Source of the DNA: Desulfobulbus sp.
GTDB taxonomy: Bacteria; Desulfobacterota; Desulfobulbia; Desulfobulbales; Desulfobulbaceae
Direction: 5' to 3'
Length of the DNA: 49,915 bases
Assembly (NCBI GenBank): GCA_041738515.1
Contig: JBGSPP010000299.1
Span: forward strand, 1-49,915
In this document: piece by piece, positions 29,087 through 37,678 of the stretch
Numbering within the stretch: the first letter of the stretch is position 1
How the letters are laid out: every line of letters starts with the position of its first letter
Made by a program: the position numbers and the translations under genes
The notes under the pieces: generated by a model
Databases searched by the model: none
What the model saw: only the letters and a program-made list of their open reading frames with translations
Told to the model about the DNA's origin: nothing

Positions 29087-29788
29087 TTGCCATCACAGAA
29101 CAGTTTCTCATTTAACATCAAGGAAGGAAAAGCTGTGCGGGCCGCCATACCACTCATCGGCGCAGCGGAACGTGAACGGTTCGACTGCACCTACGGGAGA
29201 GCGGAACCCCCGACGTTCTTCCTCTCCTTTCCCCTGGGCATCCTGGCTGTCGAGCAGATCGACCCAACCAGAACCTGCCTGGTGATCGTTGATTCCGAAG
29301 AGCAGGCTCTTGCCATTTCCGCCGACATCCTGGGGAGCAGGGATGCAAACACCTTGGAATTGCGAGCCAGGGACGTGGCCAACCACTCCCAGTCCCGCAA
29401 CTTTTTCCGGGTCGACGCCTCCACCAGGGTGGCGGCCTCCTCGGTGATTCCCGAGGAACTGGCCCGGAAAGGGGAAAACTGGCGCCTGCTTGGCGATACG
29501 CTGGATTTGAGCGGCAGCGGCCTCCTGTGCTCCTTCGGCGCCCCAATAGAAGAGGGAAAAAAGGTAAAGATTGACCTGACGCTGCCCACCAGCAGTCTGG
29601 AGACGATCACTGCCATAGGCCATGTGGTGCGTTGCAAAAGGATAGGGGAAGAACTGTATCACGTCGGTTTGCAGTTTGATTCCATCGATTCGGAAAGCCA
29701 GGACAAGATCATGGCCTGCTGTTTTGAGATTCAGCGCCAGGGATTGCGGATGCGGGTGAAGGTACGGAAGGAACGAGAGTACTTTTAG
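29087..29788 (+). CDS. PilZ-domain protein (start uncertain)
   Basis: RNFFR (RxxxR) and DLSGSG (DxSxxG), GHVVR, VGLQF. Confidence 0.85.
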   Translation: MPSQNSFSFNIKEGKAVRAAIPLIGAAERERFDCTYGRAEPPTFFLSFPLGILAVEQIDPTRTCLVIVDSEEQALAISADILGSRDANTLELRARDVANHSQSRNFFRVDASTRVAASSVIPEELARKGENWRLLGDTLDLSGSGLLCSFGAPIEEGKKVKIDLTLPTSSLETITAIGHVVRCKRIGEELYHVGLQFDSIDSESQDKIMACCFEIQRQGLRMRVKVRKEREYF

Positions 29789-29913
29789 GAATCCGCAGGC
29801 ATGCAGGGTACAAGCACCCTGGCTGTGGACTATTCTCCGGGCAGCATTGCATGAAAAACAACGGTCATCGCTCCGACTGAACCGTCACGTTACCTTGAAC
29901 GAGAACGCGCACC

Positions 29914-30588
29914 GTGTCCAGAATCGATGAAATCCTAGAAAAAATGAACGACAAGGCCGCCACCGTTGTCGATCTTCCCGGGAACAAGGAAGAGGTATTC
30001 CGCTGCAAGGCCTTGCTGATCAAGCAAGAGTCCCCGCAACTGGAACTGCTGTTCCCGCCCAATTCCTGGATAGCAGAGGATCTCCGTTTAGGCGCGAACT
30101 GCAACCTGTCCATTGATCAAAACGGGAAACAGATCAGCCTGATAGCCAAACTCGATTCGGTGGTCGATGCCCGGCGATTGCAGTTCACCGCACGGGAGCC
30201 GATCACGCCCGAGTCGATGCGGGATTATTTCCGCGTCACCATCAGCACCGCGATCCAGGCAAGCTATGTCGCCGAACCCAGAGAAACGAAGGTGCAATCC
30301 TGGAAAATGGTCGGCACCACCATCGATTTGAGCGGCAGCGGCGTCCTGGCCATGTTTGCCACCAAGCCACCCAGCAACCACAGAATTTTGCTGGAAATCA
30401 CTCCTCCCGAGGACAACGAGCAGATATTCTGCCTCGCTGACGTAGTTCGCACCTATAGAATCCGAAACAACCGTTACCAGGTCGCATTTCATTTTATCGA
30501 AGTGACCGCCAAGGTCAGGGATCAGATCATATCCTGCTGCCTGAAGGAACAGCGGCGCCAGTTGCGTGAAAATGTCCGCACCGAATGA
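29914..30588 (+). CDS. PilZ-domain protein, paralogue of the upstream gene
   Basis: RDYFR and DLSGSG, ADVVR, VAFHF. Confidence 0.85.
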   Translation: MSRIDEILEKMNDKAATVVDLPGNKEEVFRCKALLIKQESPQLELLFPPNSWIAEDLRLGANCNLSIDQNGKQISLIAKLDSVVDARRLQFTAREPITPESMRDYFRVTISTAIQASYVAEPRETKVQSWKMVGTTIDLSGSGVLAMFATKPPSNHRILLEITPPEDNEQIFCLADVVRTYRIRNNRYQVAFHFIEVTAKVRDQIISCCLKEQRRQLRENVRTE

Positions 30589-30729
30589 CAGTAGTGTTCC
30601 ACGCCTCGGGCCGGCTTCCTTCCCATAACCCTTTGCCCGCATGCCCCACGTCAAGCGCATCCGGCGCGACGTACATCCAGAATTCCACGACGGCTGACGA
30701 TCCCCGTTCCAGCCAGGACGCCCCAGGTA

Positions 30730-32232
30730 ATGGAAGCCACTGCCGCCACCATCCCGATCCTGCGCATCCAGCAACTCCCGGCCTACAACCAGGGCGGAGG
30801 ACAGCACCAGACTCCCTTTGCCCAGGGACAGCTGCTGCAGGGGATTATTAGCGCCAGGAACGGGACTAACCTCTTTACCATCGATATTGGCGGCCAGCAG
30901 GTCCAGGCCGAATCCACGACGCAGCTGCAGGTCGGCCAGAAACTTGACCTGCAGGTTGCGACCCTGTCACCGCGGGTGGAGTTGCAGATTGTCTCCAATC
31001 CGGCCAACCGGTTGATCGGCAACTCCATTCACCTGATCGGCCAGCAGGCCCTGCTTTTGCCCGAGTTGGCCCAGTTAAGCGAGAAATCCGGCTTTCTGCC
31101 GAACATCAGCAACGATGCGCGGGGCACCCTGCAACTGTATGCCAGCGCCCTGGCAACCGGGGGAACCATTGCCGCGCCACGATCCGAACAGCTCAGCGGT
31201 TTGCTCGGACAGCTTGCCGGCACTTCGCTGCAGACGCTCCTGTCGCCGCAGCAGACCACCGCGTCCGCGTTCAATGAAACAATAACCAGCCTGCTGCAGC
31301 AACTGTCGCAAACAGCCGCACTGCCCGCGCAAAGCGCGGAACGGGCCGTCCAGCTGGCCACCATGTTTGCCAATGCGTCGGCTCCGCAGGCATCCACGGC
31401 CGGCCAGACTCCGGCCCAGGCGCAACAGCCTGTGCTGCTGACAAACCAGGAGGTGGTACTGCTGCTCAACCTGGCCGGCAAGCAGGGTCCCTCCCAGGCC
31501 AATAATCTGATCGCCAGCCTCCTGCCAGCACTGCAGAACGGCGAGAATCTGCCCGTACTGCCGGCCATGCAGACGCTGGTTCGGTTTCTCGCCGACCTGG
31601 ATGCAGAACTTTCCTCGCTCAGGCAACCCGCTCTCGATGGCGGCCAGGTACAGCAACTCGTAGAGCGACTGGGCATGAACATGGAACAACTCCTGGCCGA
31701 AGGCAGGCGGCAGGAGGCGGTGCAGACACTGAAATACGCTCTACTGGATCTGAGCCAGCAGCTGCCGGCCGAGGATAAAGCCGCGGCACAGGCCGATCAG
31801 ATTGTCAAATCCATCGAACTCTACCAGCTCCTGCAGATCCGGCTGGCAAGCGAGTCGCTTCTTTTTCTTCCCCTGCCCTTCTCTTTTCTCAATCAAGGTT
31901 ATCTTGTGGTTGATGCCGAGCAACACAAGAACGACCAGAAGGAGACCAACAGCCAGCGCACGCCTGCCTATGAACTGCACCTGCAACTGGAGGGTCTGGG
32001 CAACATCCAGATAAATCTGCGCAAGGAAAATGACCGACTGGTTTTAACCTTTTACGCGCAGGATGCCGAACGAGTCAGGTTTCTCGCTGGATTTCGCGAT
32101 GAACTTGAACGCTGGCTGACCAGCGCCGATCTGGAATCGGTCCAGTTCCTGGTCGGCGCCAAGGAACCGGTGAAATCGCTCCTGGAACGGATAGTCCAAG
32201 GCGTCACTGGCATGGTGGACACCAGGGCCTGA
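30730..32232 (+). CDS. FliK-like protein (Gln/Leu-rich, C-terminal hook-length-control-like domain)
   Basis: C-terminal LHLQLEGLGNIQINL...GMVDTRA; adjacent to a FlhB-C-like gene. Confidence 0.6.
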   Translation: MEATAATIPILRIQQLPAYNQGGGQHQTPFAQGQLLQGIISARNGTNLFTIDIGGQQVQAESTTQLQVGQKLDLQVATLSPRVELQIVSNPANRLIGNSIHLIGQQALLLPELAQLSEKSGFLPNISNDARGTLQLYASALATGGTIAAPRSEQLSGLLGQLAGTSLQTLLSPQQTTASAFNETITSLLQQLSQTAALPAQSAERAVQLATMFANASAPQASTAGQTPAQAQQPVLLTNQEVVLLLNLAGKQGPSQANNLIASLLPALQNGENLPVLPAMQTLVRFLADLDAELSSLRQPALDGGQVQQLVERLGMNMEQLLAEGRRQEAVQTLKYALLDLSQQLPAEDKAAAQADQIVKSIELYQLLQIRLASESLLFLPLPFSFLNQGYLVVDAEQHKNDQKETNSQRTPAYELHLQLEGLGNIQINLRKENDRLVLTFYAQDAERVRFLAGFRDELERWLTSADLESVQFLVGAKEPVKSLLERIVQGVTGMVDTRA

Positions 32233-32253
32233 ACGCCGTGGCGGGAAGCATCA

Positions 32254-32562
32254 ATGGCAGAAAACGAAAACAAGGCACGAAAGGCTGTCGCCCTGCTCTA
32301 CGACAAGTCCAGGGGAACAGCGCCCAAGGTGGTTGCCAGCGGCGCCAACTTGACGGCGGAACGCATTATCGCCACTGCGCTTGAGGCCGGCGTCCACATC
32401 AAGGAAGACCCGGATCTGGTCGAGTTGCTGGCAAAAATTCCGGTCGGCGAAGAGATCCCGGCTGAACTCTACCAGACCATTGCCGAACTCCTGGCCTTTG
32501 TGTATTCAGTGAACGCCAAATTCAAGGAAAAACTGGGGAATCCGGGACAGGAACAGCGATGA
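32254..32562 (+). CDS. Stand-alone FlhB C-terminal-like protein (FlhX/YlqH-like)
   Basis: KAVALLYD...APKVVASG...AERII...GEEIPAELYQTIAELLAFVY; no transmembrane part and no NPTH. Confidence 0.88.
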   Translation: MAENENKARKAVALLYDKSRGTAPKVVASGANLTAERIIATALEAGVHIKEDPDLVELLAKIPVGEEIPAELYQTIAELLAFVYSVNAKFKEKLGNPGQEQR

Positions 32563-32635
32563 TGATCCAGGCGCCCGTATCCGGTTCGCCATCGGCTCGC
32601 AGAGCAACCGAGGCGTTTTCTGCCTCAACCGCCCC

Positions 32636-32729
32636 TTGACCGGCGCGTAATGCGTTGGAGATAATATTACTAAAAAACCGCTTCATATATACTATTTTCT
32701 GGCGTATACTTCTGACATCTGAATATAAT
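32636..32729 (+). promoter_or_regulatory. AT-rich candidate sigma70 promoter region for mglBA
   Basis: TTGACC-N18-GATAAT (32636-32665) and TATAAT (32724-32729). Confidence 0.4.
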
Positions 32730-32868
32730 TATACAAATCGTTCTTTGTTCCACCCGTGTTTCCGAAGCTTTTGAGCAGTCAAAATCCATGTTCGCTGGCG
32801 CCGGATCTGTATCCAATTTCTGCAGACGCATTCTCAACAACCTTTTCTGATCGTGCATGAGGTAGCAT

Positions 32869-33267
32869 ATGAACTATGGAGTTGTCAGCCAGGAACAACT
32901 TGAAAAAATTGACGAGATCCTCACCGATAAACTCATCAAAATAGGTGTGGATTGCGTCATCATCATCGATATGGCTGGAAATATTATCACAGCCAAGGAT
33001 AACGGCACGTCGAAATACGATGTCTATTCGTTCGCCGCACTGGCAGCAGGCAACTTTGCCACCGTTGACGCCATGGCCAAACTCGTCGGTGAACAGGAAT
33101 TTTCGCTGCTGTTCCACAAGGGCACGGAATGCAACATCCACTTCTCGAAAATCGACGACGAATTGCTGCTGATCACCATGTTCGGCAAGAGCATATCGCT
33201 TGGTTTCCTGCGTCTCAATGTGGTGGAAACCATCGAGCGCATCAAGAAGATCTGGCACCGCAAGTGA
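32869..33267 (+). CDS. mglB: Roadblock/LC7 protein MglB
   Basis: IIIDMAGNII, FAALAAGNFAT, LVGEQEFSLLFHKG, SLGFLRL; directly upstream of mglA. Confidence 0.9.
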   Translation: MNYGVVSQEQLEKIDEILTDKLIKIGVDCVIIIDMAGNIITAKDNGTSKYDVYSFAALAAGNFATVDAMAKLVGEQEFSLLFHKGTECNIHFSKIDDELLLITMFGKSISLGFLRLNVVETIERIKKIWHRK

Positions 33268-33349
33268 TCCGGCCCAACCGGTCTCGGCCCGAGATGAAAG
33301 GGAACACGTTCCTTCCTTGCGATCAGTGCAGGAGAGCAGGAGAACTACG

Positions 33350-33955
33350 TTGAGCTTTATTAATCTGAGAGAAAAAATCGTTCAGGTCAAGATTGTCTAC
33401 TACGGTCCTGGCCGCGGCGGCAAGACAACCAATCTTGAATACATTAACCGTAAATTCTCCAAGCAGATCCAGTCTGAGATGGTCAGTCTGAAGACGCATG
33501 GAGACCGCACCCTCTTCTTTGATTTCCTTCCGTTCAACATGGGGCAGATCAAAGGGTACGATCTGAAGATTCAACTGTATACCGTACCTGGCCAGGTGAA
33601 ATACAACGCCACCAGAAAACTGGTGCTCAAGGGCGTCGATGGTCTCGTCTTTGTCGCCGACGCCCAGGAGCAGATGCGGGAGAAAAACATCCGCTCGCTC
33701 AATCAGCTGCACGAAAACCTCCTGAGCTACAAGGAATCCATTTTTCGGATACCGCTGGTGTTGCAGTACAACAAGGTTGATCTGCGCAATCAGGGCATCC
33801 CGATTTTGCCCACCTCGGTTCTGGAGAAGGACCTGAACGGCAAACTGAAGGTTCCCGCCTTTGAGGCCAGCGCGCTTACTGGATATAACGTACCGGAAAC
33901 GTTGAAGAAAATTATATCATCCACGGTAATTTCCATTCAGAAAAAGTTGATGTGA
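33350..33955 (+). CDS. mglA: Ras-like small GTPase MglA (TTG start, AGGAG RBS)
   Basis: KIVYYGPGRGGKTTNL, DRTLFFDFLP, YTVPGQVKYNATRKLVLKGVDG, QYNKVD, EASA. Confidence 0.93.
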   Translation: MSFINLREKIVQVKIVYYGPGRGGKTTNLEYINRKFSKQIQSEMVSLKTHGDRTLFFDFLPFNMGQIKGYDLKIQLYTVPGQVKYNATRKLVLKGVDGLVFVADAQEQMREKNIRSLNQLHENLLSYKESIFRIPLVLQYNKVDLRNQGIPILPTSVLEKDLNGKLKVPAFEASALTGYNVPETLKKIISSTVISIQKKLM

Positions 33956-33991
33956 ATCCATGATCTTGGCAGCTGAATCCAGAACTGTGAT

Positions 33992-36900
33992 ATGAAAAAA
34001 ACGAAGCAGGAACAGATTTACAACATTGACGAAATCGAAGATCTTACCCTCTTCGCAAACGAATCCTTCGACACGCAAGAAGTCGATTTGTTTGAATTTT
34101 CCAGTGAGGAATCCTCGCCCCTGACGCGACTGAAGTCTATTATTCTCTCGCTGGACTGGGAAATTAACGACGAGACCCTCCAGGAACTGGCCGACGAACT
34201 GCAAAACATGCAGGCCACATGGCAGGGCGACAAGGTGGCCGAGGTCTACCTGCAGGGGCTGGAGAAAATTGGCCGCTACCTTCGCAGTAAAGGGGCCTAC
34301 GCCCATCCCAACTCAATCAAGCTGCTCCTCACTTTCTTTTATAATTTCGAAAAGATTACCTCGTCACCGAATCTGAGTGGTGAGGACATCACCAAAATTC
34401 TGAAGAGTGACATTCGCAAATTTAAAATTCTCCAATACCAGATCAATCAGAGCGAAGAGATTGAGCGCGCTCCGGCAACCCCATCCACTGAACAACAGGG
34501 AACACCTGTCGTCCCGGTCGGTATGGATGCGTCGTCTTCCGAGCCCAATCCCCTCAAATTGCTGAAGGCCGCCATCCTCAGCCTGGACTGGGAAGTGACC
34601 GATGAAAGCCTCCGGCAGTTCAATGTCCGCCTCGATCAGTACCAGGAAACGGTTTCGGAAAACAGGCTGGTGATGGTGATGGTTCAGGGCCTGCGTGCCT
34701 TGGGCGACTACATCGGCGAAGAACGCGCCGAAGCGCACCCGGAAGCCTTCCCCCTGCTCCATTCCTTCAGCGATGCCTTGGATCAGGTTGCCCAGGTCGA
34801 CGAATCAGCCACCGATCAGAGCAAGGTCCAGGATATCCTTGTTGAACAGATCAGCCGGCTCAACAATCTGAAACTGCTCATTGCCGCACCGCAAGAAGCG
34901 CGGATTGATGAACAGCTGATTAACGAAGTCGTGGGAGAAATAAGTGCGCCGGTGGCGATGGAAGACATCGCCGAGGAACCGTTCGCCCAGACCGAGGCAG
35001 AAAAGAGGGCTTCCCACGCCTTTGACCTCCCGACTGATTCCCCGGCTGTCATGCCGGCTACGGCAGCCAGTGGCGGGCAGGAGGCAGACATCTCCCTGGA
35101 GTCGGAGCTGGATATTCTGTTTGGAACGGAAGCCAAGCCGGCCATGGAATCCGCTGACACCCAATATCCCGACGAGATACTGCCCCCCGAGGCTATCACC
35201 CCCGTCGAGGACGAACTGGCCGACGACCTCATCGAGGCGAGTCTGCACACCAAACGCGGGCTGATGCCTGCTCTCTCCGGCGTCGAGGATACCTCTGCCT
35301 TCCGGGACGACGTCGATCAGGCGGACACCAAAGGTCAGGCTGATCTCAACCAGCAACTGGACGACCTCTTTGCCGAGGCGGAAAATGCATCGTCCATCCC
35401 TCCCTCGCCCTCGCTTGATTTCGAGGAAAGTCTCCCGGGTGGTGATGCAGCCCATGCAGGCCCGGTCACTGCAACGGTCGCCATAGATGAAGAAGATGAC
35501 GACCAACCAGCCCTGGGTTCGCTGAATCTGGAAGACAGCGACGGCATGACCGTCGCTGCGCTCAGCGATGTGGAAGCACCTGAGGACCGGTTCGAACCAG
35601 AGTCGCCCGTCGCCGAAATCGATGGGGGCATGTCTGACCTGGATGCCAAACTAGACAGCTTTTTTGGGGAGGAGCCCTTGGAAGTCGTTGCTCCGAGCCT
35701 CTCCCTGTCCGACGAATCAGAAGTGGCCCCGGCACTCGAAGATGACGAACCAATCCAGGCTGAACTGACCGTCGCCGCGCTCAGCGATTCGGACATTGAA
35801 CTCGCTGACGTGACGATACTTCAGCCGGAAGATGTGAAACCGGAATCTCTTGATATTGAAAGCGAACTGGACGGTTTTTTCTCCGACGATACAGTCGTGG
35901 CCGTGGAAGATGTCATGCAAACGACCTCCACCGGCCCCTCGGTTGAGGAGGTCGAACAATCCCTGTATTTCGGCGCGGAAAGCCCGGTGGAAGCAGCCCT
36001 GGCAGACAGCGACGAAGACAAGGGGTTCTCGGAAGAAGAGGCGCTTGCCGCTCTGGAATACACGCCTCTGGAGGAAATCGAGGAGAATTTCGATGCCTTC
36101 TTTGGCTCGGAAACAGCAGAAGAACTCTTGCCCGAAGCCGATCAAATCGATGCAGCGGCTGGACAACTCGTTCCTGCCGAAGGGTTGACATTTGAGGAAG
36201 AGACGCCCGCGCTCGGCTCCGATCTGTTCGCCGGATTTGAAACAGAGCAAGAAGAAATTGTCCCGGCGCTTGCCTCCTTTGACCAAGACATGCCCGCGGC
36301 TGAGGAATTGGTCGCGGCCGTGGCTGGAAGAAAGGACGAAGCAGACAGGGATCTGGACGAGAAACTTGATTTCTTCTTCGACGAGGAAGCGGCGGAACCC
36401 GCTCCCGCCGTCGCCAATGCACCCGAATCGCCTGCCCGGCAACCGGAGATCGAGGATTTGCTGACACTCGAGAATGAGGTTCCGGCGCTGTCTTCTGACC
36501 TGTTGAGCGAAATTTTGGAAGAAGATGCAGATGTCGTCCCGGCACTCGCCGCAGCATTTGACGAGGGTGCCGAAGAACTGACGCCTGCCGCCGGCATTCC
36601 TGGCGAGGAAGTGCCCGACAGAGATCTCGATGACCAACTGGACTATTTCTTCGCCGCTGAGGAGAACGTCGCGGCGGAATCCGTCACCGAGACGGTCAGC
36701 GAACTGACCCAGGCCCTTGAAGCAGCAACCCTTGATGGCAGAGCGCCTGCGGCTGCCGCCTTCCCAGGCCTCTTGCCTGGCACTGGATCGGAGGGGGAGG
36801 GAATGGAAGTGGTTCTGGCCTCCCTCGGAGCATTGCTTCCTGGCGTTGTCCGTGCACCTGGCCGTGGACCTGTCACTGAATCCATGCGCCTGCTTGACCG

Positions 36901-37270
36901 GTTGCAGCAGCAGGCTGCCTCACCCGAGCACCGCTCCCTGGCCCAACTGCTCAACTCCACGGTCAGCCTGCTTGGTCGCACGGCCGGAAAAGACAAAACC
37001 GAGACGGAAAAGCTGGTTAATTTCCTGTATGAGCAACTTCTGCACAAGGAAATCAACGCCAATGCCGTGACCGAGGCAGTCAGCCGTTTCGCCGGCTGGA
37101 TGCAGAACCTGTGCGCCACCATGCCGCTGGTGCCGGAGAAAACCGGCGAGGAACGGGAACCCCGCTTCGAGTACACGGCCAAGGAATTGTATTTCGAACT
37201 CTCCGAAATGCGGGCCAGCTTTCGCGAAGAACTCGCCAAGCTGCGCCACGAGATGCACCACAGGCACTGA
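33992..37270 (+). CDS. 1092-aa acidic protein: two LSLDWE domains, disordered region with repeated LDxFF motifs, helical C-terminus
   Basis: Long ORF 36 nt after mglA; internal repeats visible in protein and DNA. Confidence 0.85.
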   Translation: MKKTKQEQIYNIDEIEDLTLFANESFDTQEVDLFEFSSEESSPLTRLKSIILSLDWEINDETLQELADELQNMQATWQGDKVAEVYLQGLEKIGRYLRSKGAYAHPNSIKLLLTFFYNFEKITSSPNLSGEDITKILKSDIRKFKILQYQINQSEEIERAPATPSTEQQGTPVVPVGMDASSSEPNPLKLLKAAILSLDWEVTDESLRQFNVRLDQYQETVSENRLVMVMVQGLRALGDYIGEERAEAHPEAFPLLHSFSDALDQVAQVDESATDQSKVQDILVEQISRLNNLKLLIAAPQEARIDEQLINEVVGEISAPVAMEDIAEEPFAQTEAEKRASHAFDLPTDSPAVMPATAASGGQEADISLESELDILFGTEAKPAMESADTQYPDEILPPEAITPVEDELADDLIEASLHTKRGLMPALSGVEDTSAFRDDVDQADTKGQADLNQQLDDLFAEAENASSIPPSPSLDFEESLPGGDAAHAGPVTATVAIDEEDDDQPALGSLNLEDSDGMTVAALSDVEAPEDRFEPESPVAEIDGGMSDLDAKLDSFFGEEPLEVVAPSLSLSDESEVAPALEDDEPIQAELTVAALSDSDIELADVTILQPEDVKPESLDIESELDGFFSDDTVVAVEDVMQTTSTGPSVEEVEQSLYFGAESPVEAALADSDEDKGFSEEEALAALEYTPLEEIEENFDAFFGSETAEELLPEADQIDAAAGQLVPAEGLTFEEETPALGSDLFAGFETEQEEIVPALASFDQDMPAAEELVAAVAGRKDEADRDLDEKLDFFFDEEAAEPAPAVANAPESPARQPEIEDLLTLENEVPALSSDLLSEILEEDADVVPALAAAFDEGAEELTPAAGIPGEEVPDRDLDDQLDYFFAAEENVAAESVTETVSELTQALEAATLDGRAPAAAAFPGLLPGTGSEGEGMEVVLASLGALLPGVVRAPGRGPVTESMRLLDRLQQQAASPEHRSLAQLLNSTVSLLGRTAGKDKTETEKLVNFLYEQLLHKEINANAVTEAVSRFAGWMQNLCATMPLVPEKTGEEREPRFEYTAKELYFELSEMRASFREELAKLRHEMHHRH
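35096..36658 (+). repeat. Seven copies of an acidic amphipathic motif (D/E)-(L/I)-x-x-x-(L/F)-D-x-(L/F)-F inside the acidic ORF
   Basis: LESELDILFG, DLNQQLDDLFAE, DLDAKLDSFFGE, DIESELDGFFSD, EIEENFDAFFGS, DLDEKLDFFFDE, DLDDQLDYFFAA. Confidence 0.8.
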
Positions 37271-37300
37271 TCCTCTTCCCCCCTTGTTTGGCGCGGCAAA

Positions 37301-37678
37301 TCACTCAGCCGGACAAGGGGTCAGGGCAACTGTCGTCTCCTCAGGCAGTCCGGGCAGCCAGGCCGGCAAGGTCCGACACATACCGTTCCCGCACACCGTA
37401 TACGGCGTCACGTAAGGCGAATGGCGCAGCAACACCTGCGGCAGGACTTGCAGATCAGGCCGGTATCGCCAGACTCCATCCTCCAGCACCGCCCCGGCCG
37501 GTGGCTCCATACCAGCGCCAGTACCTTGCACCCGCGCCTCGATCAGGCGCAGCCCCTCCCCTTCCCGTCGAAAATCTTCTTCCCAGACACTCCGCTGAAT
37601 TGAATGGGTCCAGCGCAGGGTAATATCGTCGCCAAACCCGGCAATGAGTATACCTGCGACCAGACAAATCCCAGTCAT
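37301..37678 (-). CDS. DUF1850-family protein
   Basis: TLRWTHSIQRSVWEEDF, ARVQGTGAGMEPP; ATGA overlap with the TRAP permease. Confidence 0.8.
   Translation of the reverse strand: MTGICLVAGILIAGFGDDITLRWTHSIQRSVWEEDFRREGEGLRLIEARVQGTGAGMEPPAGAVLEDGVWRYRPDLQVLPQVLLRHSPYVTPYTVCGNGMCRTLPAWLPGLPEETTVALTPCPAE

Noticed and set aside
33200-33349. Upstream extension of the mglA ORF
   Set aside because: Overlaps mglB; MglA similarity begins at SFIN after a TTG with an AGGAG RBS
37304-37320. 17-mer CTCAGCCGGACAAGGGG identical to 26261-26277
   Set aside because: Only two copies, one inside the DUF1850 coding end; plausible by chance in 50 kb of GC-rich DNA; no repeat family evident
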